Source: Planctomycetota bacterium (GTDB lineage Bacteria > Planctomycetota > GCA-002687715 > DRQF01). Taken from it: a stretch of DNA of 42,024 nucleotides. Each line of letters starts with the position of its first letter. Positions within the stretch are counted from its first letter, which is position 1. The translations under genes were made by a program, and so were the position numbers. Shown piece by piece: positions 9,411-18,459 of the stretch. The notes below the pieces were generated by a model. The model was not told the DNA's origin. It did not search any database and saw nothing but the letters and a program-made list of their open reading frames with translations. Where the stretch lies: assembly GCA_036479435.1 (NCBI GenBank), contig JAZGFI010000137.1, positions 1-42,024 on the forward strand. Direction: 5' to 3'.

Positions 9411-10892
9411 TTAGACATGATCAGCTCCGACATCATCACCGATGCCGGAGCTGATGTTCTTGGTGGACGGAGGTGGCAACAACGACCGTGGGGGCACCGG
9501 ATAATCCGGAAACACATCGCACTCAAGACGTCTACGGTCAACTGGCCGCTTCAACATCATGCCCAGATCGTGGACAACCCTAAGCAAGTAGTAGGCGTGA
9601 ATCGTTCCGAGTACGACCGTGGCCATCGGGCTGATCTTCGCCAACCACTCCGGGAGCGGCATTGACTGCGCCCGGGTGATGCCCGTGACCAGGCCGTCCA
9701 ACATCAGCCACAAAAACAAAGCAATGAGCGACCCGTTGAGTCGATTGATGAGCCGTCGCGCATCGATGTGCCTCAACCAGGCTTGTGTCCGCCAACATCT
9801 GGAGAAAGCGTCTTCGATGACGAATGAAAAGAAGGCAAAGAGCACGAGAGTGTCGATGCCGATCTCACTTCCCATCGCATGCGCCATGACGACCCGCGTA
9901 CCGTGGATCACGGCGTTGAGTGGCGGCACCGAAATCAGCAAGGCCAAAGCCAGCAAGCCAAAAGACCAAGCTCTGCCGATGGCGAGGTAGCGGGTCGTTT
10001 GGGTGAAGCGATCGGTGGGAGTCGTCTTCGCAATAGCCCGACGCAGGTCGTTAAAAATGCTGACGAGAATGATGATCTCGATCATGCTGACCACAAACGC
10101 CACCCACTTGATCAGGTGATCTTGGGGAATGTGATAGGTGTGGTGGGCGTAGTTCGTGAAGCTATTGAGCATGCCGATACCCAGAAACACGAAAGCCTTC
10201 GTCGAGCGTGCGTAGCTTTTGTCGCCGGTGACAAGTTCGCCCAAGTACAAGAGCGCGCCGTAAACCAGCATGTTGAAGGAAGCCACCAACGTTCCGCAGT
10301 GTTTCCACTGAATCTGCAGATCAGCGATCGGGTAGTTGCGCACTTGTGGGATGAGGTAGGCGTGACCTTCGATGAAGGTGAACACAAAGAAGAGGACGCC
10401 CGTCCCCCACATGTAGACATAAACCGGCCGCTCGAAGAAGCCCTTGGATACCTTCTTGAAGAAGGTGACGGCGAATGCCAACCACCCGGCGAGGATCAGC
10501 AAAGAGAAGATGGGGTGAAAACCTAGATACTCTCGGCCCGACGAAAGACCAAAGGGCAAGGTCAAACAGATCCCCGCCCCGGCGAGTCCCCAGCAGACCA
10601 TCTGAAATCGGAAGCGCTTGCGGTCGCCAGGAGTCGGTGACGCGATGGCCGAAAAAAGATAGCGATGGACGCAAGCAACCCCGCCGAGAAAAATCCACGC
10701 GGATGCGAAAGTCGTGTGCAGGGGACGGAGGTTTTGAAATTGGATGCCGTAGCCATTGAGGAACTTGGCGATCTGCTCGATGTAAAAGAGAATCGAGGAC
10801 GCCCCGCCGATGATTGTGATCATCACGCAGGCTAAGGCACAACGCATCAGCGTGAAGGTCATGCGCTCGGCGCGTACTTGGTCTTCAGTCAT
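9411..10892 (-). CDS. Divergent NorB-like heme-copper oxidoreductase superfamily catalytic subunit
   Basis: About 12 TM helices. RPLH59TT, GREY, AH250H251TY, SMIE272 and HGT...AH338AM340 are spaced like cNOR NorB, but the HLWVE helix-VI motif is replaced by WKHC199GTLV203ASFN207. Confidence 0.85.
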   Translation of the reverse strand: MTEDQVRAERMTFTLMRCALACVMITIIGGASSILFYIEQIAKFLNGYGIQFQNLRPLHTTFASAWIFLGGVACVHRYLFSAIASPTPGDRKRFRFQMVCWGLAGAGICLTLPFGLSSGREYLGFHPIFSLLILAGWLAFAVTFFKKVSKGFFERPVYVYMWGTGVLFFVFTFIEGHAYLIPQVRNYPIADLQIQWKHCGTLVASFNMLVYGALLYLGELVTGDKSYARSTKAFVFLGIGMLNSFTNYAHHTYHIPQDHLIKWVAFVVSMIEIIILVSIFNDLRRAIAKTTPTDRFTQTTRYLAIGRAWSFGLLALALLISVPPLNAVIHGTRVVMAHAMGSEIGIDTLVLFAFFSFVIEDAFSRCWRTQAWLRHIDARRLINRLNGSLIALFLWLMLDGLVTGITRAQSMPLPEWLAKISPMATVVLGTIHAYYLLRVVHDLGMMLKRPVDRRRLECDVFPDYPVPPRSLLPPPSTKNISSGIGDDVGADHV

Positions 10893-11650
10893 CGTCGGTA
10901 CTCAAACCAGGGAATCCCGGCCCCATCCTCCGCGGTTCCCGCAGCGTCCTCGAAGGCGAGACCCAGGGCCTCGCAGTTTTCGCGCAACCAAGCCAAGAAC
11001 GCCAGCATCCCGCGTTCTTCATTCTCGGAAAGGTCAAATGCTGGCATGCCTTTGGGGCCACGCCCTGCGGCGACCGTCCCCAGCACACCTTTTTCGCCGA
11101 GGCGCTCAAGCAAATGACGCATGTCGGGACCCACGACGGTCGCGGTCTTGTTGGGAAGATGACAGCCGATGCACTTTCGAGCCTGCACAACGGCGTGCCC
11201 CGTTCGTTCAAGTGGATTCAGGGGATTTGGCGCCGCGGCCACAACGGCATCCAGCGTCTCGATGGCGGAGGGAGTGCGTGCAAGGCGAAGCTGACCAGTG
11301 CCGGTCTCATTGAGTGCGGCGAGGAAGGCGGCGATGCCCGCGATCTCATCGCTCGACAGATGGAACGCCGGCATGCGACCGGCTCCGTCCGTCAGGATCG
11401 ACTGAAGCCGTTCGTAAGCGAGATACTCGGCCGCATTGGTAAGGTCCGGCCCAAAGAAGCCACCAAATCCGTGGATCTGGTGACAGCTTTGGCAGTTGTG
11501 CCGGTGCCAGACTTCCCAGCCCACTTGAGCTGTCTTCGAAAGCGGCGGCGTTTGGCGACCGCTGTCGTCGAGGTAGACGAGCGCGGTCTGAGCAAAGAAG
11601 CAACAGACGAGAACAGCGATCAGGTTCCGGCGACCGCTCGGCGTTCTCAT
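10889..11650 (-). CDS. NorC-like membrane-anchored diheme cytochrome c
   Basis: One N-terminal TM helix, then G..VW...NCQSCHQ.HG.GGFFGPDLTN..RMPAF.LS..E as in NorC. A second domain has CIGCH..GPD..MPAFDLS. Overlaps the NorB-like gene by 4 bp. Confidence 0.88.
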   Translation of the reverse strand: MRTPSGRRNLIAVLVCCFFAQTALVYLDDSGRQTPPLSKTAQVGWEVWHRHNCQSCHQIHGFGGFFGPDLTNAAEYLAYERLQSILTDGAGRMPAFHLSSDEIAGIAAFLAALNETGTGQLRLARTPSAIETLDAVVAAAPNPLNPLERTGHAVVQARKCIGCHLPNKTATVVGPDMRHLLERLGEKGVLGTVAAGRGPKGMPAFDLSENEERGMLAFLAWLRENCEALGLAFEDAAGTAEDGAGIPWFEYRR

Positions 11651-11681
11651 CGAACTCGCTGCAAACTTGGCCTGCGGTTAA

Positions 11682-12923
11682 TCATCCCTTCGATGGTTCC
11701 GCGCCCGCAAGTCCGTCGATATCGGCGGCCGCAAGCCCGTCAATATCCGCGCCCGCAAGTTGGTCAAGATCAGCGACCGCGAGGTCGCTGGGCTCAGCGC
11801 TCCCGGGACCACTCGGTTCCGCAGTGCCGAGGCCGGCGGGAATGGCGTCTCCCAAGACTCGGTTGACAGCAAGCCAGCGCCGCGTCCACAAGAAAAACCC
11901 AGCGGCCGCGGCCACCGGTGGCGCGATTTCCCAGAACCCGAGCGGCGGCACCCCCGGTGACGATGCCGGGGTCACGATGATGTAGAGGTCAAGCCAGCGA
12001 CCGACCAAGATCAACATCGCCACGCGAGCCAAAGTCGCACGATTGCGTTTGGCGGGTGCCGGCAGCAACACGAGGAAGGGCACCACGAAACTCACGGCGA
12101 GACTCAACAGCGTCATCGTCGTCCAGCCCCCGCTCAAGCGAGCGTGGAACCAAGTCGTCTCTTCGGGAATGTTCGTGTACCAGATGAGCATGTACTGGCA
12201 GAACCAGATGTAGCCCCAAAAAAAGGAGAATGCGAAGAGTAACTTGCCGAGATCGTGCCGAACACTATCGGCAAGCTTGAGGTGCCCAAGGCGCTCTTGT
12301 TGAAGCGCGATCAGGGTGATGGCGGCGATCCCTGTTTGGAACAGACCCGCGAACAAGTAGACCGCAAACATCGTGCTGAACCACTCGGCTTCGAGTGACA
12401 TCAGCCAGTCGAAAACGAAAACCGAAAATGAGAGCCCGAAGAGGATCATCCAGATGCCAGCGCGGCCGCGTCCGGTTTTCTTCAGCATCCAGGGGGTGAT
12501 GAACAGCCAAATGAAGAAGCAAACGGCGGCTCGAGCGGAGAAGGCACCGAGATTCAGCCAACCGAGCTTGTGCTCCATGTGCTTGCTGACATGACCCGCC
12601 TCCATGTGGCTCCAGTCATAGAGCGTCGAGGCGCCAAAGACGACAAAGACAGCCATCAGAACGGCGAGAGGCAAACCGGAGCCCATGGCACGCGCCACGG
12701 GCATGATCGGGTCAGCCCAACGCCCTGAGGTGAGCCGCATGATGGCGATGAAGACGGGGCCCGCGAGACAAAGCCCCATGAACAGGTTCACGGAAACAAG
12801 CCAAGACGGCCACACGCGCTCGGGGGCTAAAAACAGGCCGAGCACAAAGACGGCCACACCTATAATCACCAGCCAAGCGAGCACCGAGCTCGTTGCCTTC
12901 GGGGTGTTGGTGGTGTCAATCAT
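11682..12923 (-). CDS. actF: Alternative complex III subunit F (membrane subunit)
   Basis: About 10 TM helices; DWLMSLEAEWFSTMF, HDLGKLLFAFSFFWGYIWFCQYMLIWYTNIPEET.WF; located after actE. Confidence 0.92.
   Translation of the reverse strand: MIDTTNTPKATSSVLAWLVIIGVAVFVLGLFLAPERVWPSWLVSVNLFMGLCLAGPVFIAIMRLTSGRWADPIMPVARAMGSGLPLAVLMAVFVVFGASTLYDWSHMEAGHVSKHMEHKLGWLNLGAFSARAAVCFFIWLFITPWMLKKTGRGRAGIWMILFGLSFSVFVFDWLMSLEAEWFSTMFAVYLFAGLFQTGIAAITLIALQQERLGHLKLADSVRHDLGKLLFAFSFFWGYIWFCQYMLIWYTNIPEETTWFHARLSGGWTTMTLLSLAVSFVVPFLVLLPAPAKRNRATLARVAMLILVGRWLDLYIIVTPASSPGVPPLGFWEIAPPVAAAAGFFLWTRRWLAVNRVLGDAIPAGLGTAEPSGPGSAEPSDLAVADLDQLAGADIDGLAAADIDGLAGAEPSKG
11699..11762 (-). repeat. 24-bp in-frame tandem repeat (~2.5 copies) encoding LAGADIDG/LAAADIDG in the ActF tail
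   Basis: gcgcccgcaagtccgtcgatatcg / gcggccgcaagcccgtcaatatcc / gcgcccgcaagt on the plus strand. Confidence 0.75.
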
Positions 12924-13492
12924 TTGCCGCTCCCCTGCATCTCGCGGATGTAAGAAATTACTTTCCAGCGGTCCTCGCGCCTCACCTGTGCGGCGTGCGC
13001 GGGCATGTTGATTTTTCCGAGCGTGATGGCGTGATAGATCTCACCGTCTGCCATCTTCTTGGCGTTCTCCGCCAACAGCGAGGGCGGCGGCGGTACGCCA
13101 CGCTTCGTCACGATTCCATCGCCTAATCCGCCGGCGCCGTGGCACGCGGCACAAAAGTTTCCGAATACCACTTGGCCTCGCGCGAGTACTTGTGGACTCG
13201 CGGAAAGTGGATTTTTGAGTTCGCGGCCTGCGAGTGCCGCACCTTCCGGGGTCGCCTCGTAGGCGAAAGGCAAAAACCCTCTCGCGATGGTCCCCTCTAC
13301 CGGCATGAGTAAGTTTCGATCGTCCTTAAACAGTGAATTGGCACCCTGGGCCTCATAGCCCGGCGAATGCGCCATGTCCATCAGGAACTCAGGCCTGCGC
13401 TCACTTGAGTCGTGTTGCAGGGCGCGTCCCAAGACGAGAGTGCCCGCGGCCCAGGCGATGAGGAGTAGGAGCAATAGAGACTGGTTACTCAC
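12920..13492 (-). CDS. actE: Alternative complex III subunit E (monoheme cytochrome c)
   Basis: DMAHSP, PVEGTIARG, NP, RGQ..F..FCAACHG..G.GDG, DGEIYH.IT.G..NMP...Q....DRW.V..YIR. Confidence 0.92.
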   Translation of the reverse strand: MSNQSLLLLLLIAWAAGTLVLGRALQHDSSERRPEFLMDMAHSPGYEAQGANSLFKDDRNLLMPVEGTIARGFLPFAYEATPEGAALAGRELKNPLSASPQVLARGQVVFGNFCAACHGAGGLGDGIVTKRGVPPPPSLLAENAKKMADGEIYHAITLGKINMPAHAAQVRREDRWKVISYIREMQGSGK

Positions 13493-14037
13493 GACTTGAT
13501 CTCCTGGTGCTCAGCCCATGACTCGGCGGCGCCATGTTGCTTCCACAGTTCTTCGAGCTTGGACTGGTCAGCAACGGGCATGCCGCCGCGAACCACGATG
13601 ACGAATCGGTCGTCGTTGACACGCGCTTTGGTCAAGATCGCCCGTTTGCCCGGAAACAGGCGCGCCCAAACCAGGAAAGTCCCTACCGTGCCGAGCCCCG
13701 CAAACAAGACCGTCATTTCAAACGCGACGGGGATGAAAGCCGGCAGCGACTCGTAGGGCTTACCACCGACGTTAGTCGGCCAATCAAACGCAGACGTCCA
13801 ATACTGGAGCAACAAGGCGCAGATAAGGCTAGTGAGTCCGAAAAGGAAACAGGCCCAAGTCAATCGCGAAGGCTTAAGGCCCATCGCCTTGTCGATGCCG
13901 TGAATGGGATAAGGACCATACACATCGACAATTTCAATTCCGTTTTTGCTGCAATCATTCGCTGCGGCGCAAGCGGCCCGATCGTCCTCGAAGGCCCCGT
14001 AGTGCAACAACGCGTACTCGCGCATCTTTAAAGCCAT
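13489..14037 (-). CDS. actD: Alternative complex III subunit D (DUF3341)
   Basis: DVYGPYPIHGID.AMG, DWPTNVGGKP..SLPAFIPVAFEMTVLFA, DDRF; two TM helices. Confidence 0.93.
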   Translation of the reverse strand: MALKMREYALLHYGAFEDDRAACAAANDCSKNGIEIVDVYGPYPIHGIDKAMGLKPSRLTWACFLFGLTSLICALLLQYWTSAFDWPTNVGGKPYESLPAFIPVAFEMTVLFAGLGTVGTFLVWARLFPGKRAILTKARVNDDRFVIVVRGGMPVADQSKLEELWKQHGAAESWAEHQEIKS

Positions 14038-15395
14038 TAGTGCACTCCCTCAGTGTCACGGGGCAAAATCGCCTTCACTTCCGAGGCCGCAATGAAGGGG
14101 AACAGGCGGCAGAAGAGGAGGAACAAAGTGAAGAAGAGCCCGAAACTGCCGATGAGCGTGGCAAACTCCACCAAGGTTGGTGTGTAGTCCGCCCAGCTCG
14201 ACGGCAGAAAGTCGCGGTGGATCGACGTGACGATGATCACAAAGCGCTCGAACCACATCCCGATGTTGACGGCGATGGTGATGATGAAGACCAGCAGCGC
14301 CGAGTTGCGAACTCTTTGCGACCAGAGCAACTGCGGAATCACCACGTTGCAAGACACCATGATGAAGTAAGCCCAGCTCATAGGACCGCGCACGCGGTTC
14401 AAAAAGGCGAACTGCTCGAACTCGTTGCCTGAGTACCAGGCGATGAAGAGCTCGGTGCTGTAGGCAAATCCAACGATGCAAGATCCGAAGACAATGACGC
14501 GACAGACCGCATCAACATGCCGCTGAGTGATGTAGGCCCCGAAGTCGAGCGCTGATCTTGCGATGAGCATGAGCGACATCACCATCGCGAATCCGGAGAA
14601 GATGGCGCCGATCACAAAGTAGGGGGGGAAAATCGTCGTATGCCATCCCGGCACCATCGCGGTTGCAAAGTCGAAACTCACAACACTGTGCACCGAGACC
14701 ACGAGCGGCGTCGCCAAGCTAGCGAGCAACAAGTAGACGACTTCATATCGCCACCAAGTGCGTTGCGAACCGCTCCATCCCAGTGACATCACCCGGTAAA
14801 GGGTCTTGCGGAAGACGGTCTTGGCTCGGTCTCGCATCGTGGCGAGGTCGGGAATGAGGCCGACGTACCAAAAGACCGCGGAAATCGTGAAGTAGGTCCC
14901 GATCGCAAACACATCCCACAACAGCGGCGACCTGAAGTTCACCCACAAAGGGCCGCGCATGTTGGGATAGGGAAAGACCCAGTAGGCCAGCCAGGGTCGG
15001 CCCATGTGAATGACCGGGAATAGGCCCGCGCAAATGACGGCAATAAGCGTCATGGCCTCGGCGGCACGGTTCATCGAGGTGCGCCACTTTTGGCGCAACA
15101 AGAACAGAATGGCCGAAATCAGCGTCCCGGCGTGACCGATTCCAACCCAGAACACGAAGTTCGTGATGTCGAAGGCCCAACCCACGGTCTTGTTCAAACC
15201 CCAGGTGCCGATGCCGGTCGCGATCTGGTACCAGACAGCTACCACTCCGAGCATCATGACGGAAAATGAGATGATGAAGGCAATCCACCACATCTGACCG
15301 GGGTTGCGCTCTAAGGGCGCCGCGATGTCGTTAGTTACATCACGGTTGCTCTTGCCGCCGAGAATCAAGGGGGGCGTGATCGTATCGTCGTGCAT
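14037..15395 (-). CDS. actC: Alternative complex III subunit C (NrfD family, quinol-binding)
   Basis: WAFDITNFVFWVGIGHAGTLISAIL, NRAAEAMT, HMGRPW, NFRSPLLWDVFAI.TY, SVHSVVSFDFA....PGWHTTIFPPYFV.GAIFSG, GMWFERF. Confidence 0.96.
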   Translation of the reverse strand: MHDDTITPPLILGGKSNRDVTNDIAAPLERNPGQMWWIAFIISFSVMMLGVVAVWYQIATGIGTWGLNKTVGWAFDITNFVFWVGIGHAGTLISAILFLLRQKWRTSMNRAAEAMTLIAVICAGLFPVIHMGRPWLAYWVFPYPNMRGPLWVNFRSPLLWDVFAIGTYFTISAVFWYVGLIPDLATMRDRAKTVFRKTLYRVMSLGWSGSQRTWWRYEVVYLLLASLATPLVVSVHSVVSFDFATAMVPGWHTTIFPPYFVIGAIFSGFAMVMSLMLIARSALDFGAYITQRHVDAVCRVIVFGSCIVGFAYSTELFIAWYSGNEFEQFAFLNRVRGPMSWAYFIMVSCNVVIPQLLWSQRVRNSALLVFIITIAVNIGMWFERFVIIVTSIHRDFLPSSWADYTPTLVEFATLIGSFGLFFTLFLLFCRLFPFIAASEVKAILPRDTEGVH

Positions 15396-15398
15396 GGA

Positions 15399-18300
15399 CT
15401 ACTCCCCTTTCACTTTTCGGTTTCGAACTAGCGTTCGGTAGCCGACGGAAGGCTTCACGTTCAACTCCTCCAACACCTTGAAATGCAAGGGATCAGCATT
15501 GGCCTTCGTGATGGCACTGTCGGCCTTCTTCACGTCGCCAAAGACAATCGCCTCGGTCGGGCAAGTTTGGACACAGGCCGGCTGAATCTGACCATCAAAG
15601 ATCTCGACCCCAGTCCGCTTAGATTCGTTCTTCGCCGCTTGGATGCGCTGGACGCAGAAACTGCACTTCTCCATGACGCCGCGCGACCGCACCGCGATAT
15701 CTGGATTGAGCACCATGTTCTGCAGTCGATCCTCGCGGGAGTAATCGAACCAGTTGAAGCGCCGCACTTTGTAGGGACAGTTGTTCGCGCAGTAGCGCGT
15801 TCCAACGCAGCGGTTGTAAACCTGCTGATTGAGCCCCTCTTCGCTGTGCACGGTCGCGAGGACCGGGCACACCGTTTCGCAGGGTGCGTTGTCGCAATGG
15901 TGGCACATCATCGGCTGGTGGATGACATCGACGTCTTCGGGCTTTTCCGGATCGCCGCTGTAGTAGCGGTCGATGCGAATCCAGTGCATGTCGCGCCGAC
16001 GGCGAACTTCGTCATGCCCCACCACGGGGATGTTGTTTTCAACCTGGCAAGCGACCACACAGGCGGAGCAGCCGGTGCAGCGATTCAAGTCAATCGCCAT
16101 GCCCCAGTGCGGTAGATTGTTGGCATGGTCGTCGGTCCACAGATCGACGTCGCCGCGGTGGCGCGCGTGATCATCGCAGCCCTTCGCGGCCAGAGCACCG
16201 GTCGTGGTTTCGTGGACAATGTTGCGACGTCGGTCCTCGCCGGGAGCCGTGTTGGCGGGCAAATCGATCGAATCGTAAGTCTGCGACAAGGCGAAATCGA
16301 TGTGACGACCGGTTTTTTCAACCGTTACCATGCGCGTGCGGCGCAACAGCCCGTCTTCCCAGACGGCGAGCGGCGCGGCGTTGACACCCACCACCCCGTC
16401 GGCCGCGACGGTCGGTCGGGCCTCGATCCAGTCGGGGCCGACTTTGGCAAATCTCTCGGTACCCGAGCGCCCGTAGCCAATCGCGATCGAGATAACGTCG
16501 TCGTGCTGGCCGGGTTGGGCCTTCGCAGGGATTTCGATGACCAAGTCCTTGGTTCGAATCGCCACGATGTCGCCATCGCTGATCCTTAATTCCGCAGCGG
16601 CCGCAACGCCAAAGAGCGCGGCGTTGCCCCAGCTCATCTTGGTGATCGGGTCGGGAAGTTCTTGCAGCCAGGCATTGTGGGCGTGACGGCCACTCGGCAT
16701 CCCGACTTTTTCGTTGAGGATGACTTCGAAACCATCCGCGGCTTGGGCCGAAGGCCAGCTTAAGCCCTTCAAAGCCGTGGATTTGAACTTGCCAAGTGGG
16801 GCCACCTTGCTCGGCATCTCCACCACACCGTCGTGAACGGCCGCGCTCCAAAAGCTCTCAAAATTCGCATGACTTGCGGCGCGCCAATCGACGGTCTTAG
16901 ACAAATGGGCCTTGCGAAAGGCCAGGTCATCCGTCTTGTCACCCGCCCACGCGGCAAGGCTGTCGCGAAAGCTACGCGTCTTAAACAGGGTGGTCGTCGA
17001 GATCGCGGGTTGAGTCAAGCACAAGGCACCTTTCACCGGAATCGCGTCGTCCCAGCGCTCAAGGAAATGAGGCTCGGGGCAGATGACGGTGGCCGCTGCG
17101 CTGGTTTCGTTGGGGGCCGAAGAGGTACTGATAACGGTCCCAACGCTCTTCATCGCCTTGGCGAATCCCGCGGCGTCGGGAAGATCGTAGAGAGGGTTTA
17201 GATCATGAATGATGAGCGTCTCAACCCCACCCGCGGCCATGGCGCTCGTTAAGCGCTGAATACCGTGATCATCGCCTTGGCGTTGGAAGGACGGACTTTC
17301 GATGTCCAAAGTTTGGCCGTAGTTGCCCAGCAAATCGTTGATGAAGGCCACGGCAACCTGAGTGCCTGCATGCTGCACTCCTGAGACCACTATGCTTTTG
17401 CCCCGTGCTCCCCAGAGCTTCGCTTCAAGGGATTTCAAGTTCGCGTCGGGCTTGGCGTTGGGCAAACCTTGGGGCGGGCTGACTCCGGCGCGGCGCGCGA
17501 GCATCCCAGCCAGCGTTCCGATGAGCCGTATCTGTTCGCGCTCGGTCTTGACGACCCGCAGGTCCGCCTTCGTGCCCGTCAACGACATCGTGCCTTCGAC
17601 TTGAGCATGCCAGGCTGTTTCACCCGCGTTTTTCTCGCGACCCTTGGCGTATCCGGCGGCAAACTCAACCGGCGAAACCCAGGTCCCGAGGAAGTCGCAG
17701 CCAACGCCGACGATCACATCAGCGCGCTCGAAGCGGTAGCGTGGCAGCACCCGCTGGCCAAAGGCGCGGTCATGCGCATCCAAAAGGGCTGAACAACTCT
17801 GCTCGTCGTAGACGACATGCTCGGAGCCGGGGTGCTTGGCGAGGAATTGCTCAAGACGACGACGCGTCGAAGGACTCGTGATCGTCGCGGTCAGAACCCA
17901 GATCTTGCCCGCCGCGAATCGGCTGGACAGCTCAGCATCAATCTTGCTGTAGTCGGAGTCTTTGCCTTTGAGTTGCGGATTCTTGAATCGCTTCGAGTCA
18001 TAAAGCCCCAACAGGCTCGCTTGGCCAACCGAGCAGAGTCCACCACCCGAGACGGGATGGCTTCGATCCATCGTTCCGCCAGCACCGCGAAAACCCTCTA
18101 GCTTGATGGGTCGACCGTCGCGGTTTTTGACCATCATCCCGCAACCCGCGCTACATCCAGCGCAGGTCGAGGCGTAGTAGTAGGCACGCCCGGGAACGAT
18201 CTCTTCTGGCTGCACCAAAAAGGGAATCGCCTTTTTGATGGGTGCCGGGCTACAACCCGCAACCACGGCTCCCGCCCCGCCAAAACCAGCTGCTCTTAGA

Positions 18301-18443
18301 AACGATCGCCGCGACCAGCCAGAGTCGCTCTCCGGACTCACCGGTTGTGACCCGTCGGGACTTTCGGACTGCGGCGTCTCGAGGCTTTGGTCCCCAAGAC
18401 TATCGATCGACATCCAGTAGTTCTGGCCGCTCGAAGACGTCAT
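15399..18443 (-). CDS. actB: Alternative complex III subunit B (Tat-exported molybdopterin-oxidoreductase-like domain fused to an Fe-S domain)
   Basis: YW.S, Tat motif SRRSFL followed by VVAGC, GRPIKLEG, NAWLQELPDPITK.SW.N, and Fe-S motifs CTGCSACVVAC, CHHCDNAPCETVCP, CVGTRYCANNCP, CSFC..CVQTCP. ATG 18443 chosen because 18515 overlaps actA. Confidence 0.95.
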   Translation of the reverse strand: MTSSSGQNYWMSIDSLGDQSLETPQSESPDGSQPVSPESDSGWSRRSFLRAAGFGGAGAVVAGCSPAPIKKAIPFLVQPEEIVPGRAYYYASTCAGCSAGCGMMVKNRDGRPIKLEGFRGAGGTMDRSHPVSGGGLCSVGQASLLGLYDSKRFKNPQLKGKDSDYSKIDAELSSRFAAGKIWVLTATITSPSTRRRLEQFLAKHPGSEHVVYDEQSCSALLDAHDRAFGQRVLPRYRFERADVIVGVGCDFLGTWVSPVEFAAGYAKGREKNAGETAWHAQVEGTMSLTGTKADLRVVKTEREQIRLIGTLAGMLARRAGVSPPQGLPNAKPDANLKSLEAKLWGARGKSIVVSGVQHAGTQVAVAFINDLLGNYGQTLDIESPSFQRQGDDHGIQRLTSAMAAGGVETLIIHDLNPLYDLPDAAGFAKAMKSVGTVISTSSAPNETSAAATVICPEPHFLERWDDAIPVKGALCLTQPAISTTTLFKTRSFRDSLAAWAGDKTDDLAFRKAHLSKTVDWRAASHANFESFWSAAVHDGVVEMPSKVAPLGKFKSTALKGLSWPSAQAADGFEVILNEKVGMPSGRHAHNAWLQELPDPITKMSWGNAALFGVAAAAELRISDGDIVAIRTKDLVIEIPAKAQPGQHDDVISIAIGYGRSGTERFAKVGPDWIEARPTVAADGVVGVNAAPLAVWEDGLLRRTRMVTVEKTGRHIDFALSQTYDSIDLPANTAPGEDRRRNIVHETTTGALAAKGCDDHARHRGDVDLWTDDHANNLPHWGMAIDLNRCTGCSACVVACQVENNIPVVGHDEVRRRRDMHWIRIDRYYSGDPEKPEDVDVIHQPMMCHHCDNAPCETVCPVLATVHSEEGLNQQVYNRCVGTRYCANNCPYKVRRFNWFDYSREDRLQNMVLNPDIAVRSRGVMEKCSFCVQRIQAAKNESKRTGVEIFDGQIQPACVQTCPTEAIVFGDVKKADSAITKANADPLHFKVLEELNVKPSVGYRTLVRNRKVKGE

Positions 18444-18459
18444 CGTCTTGGCCCTCTCA

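Noticed and set aside
9411..10892. cbb3 oxidase subunit CcoN, qNOR or NO dismutase
   Set aside because: It lacks the helix-VI His motif and the C-family Tyr, no ccoOQP genes are present, it has the NOR-type GREY motif, and at 493 aa with a separate cytochrome c it lacks the fused N-terminal domain of qNOR/NOD.
14037..18443. Polysulfide reductase or Nrf-type nitrite reductase module
   Set aside because: The complete actA-F gene order and subunit-specific motifs identify ACIII, and no NrfA-like protein with a CxxCK motif is present.
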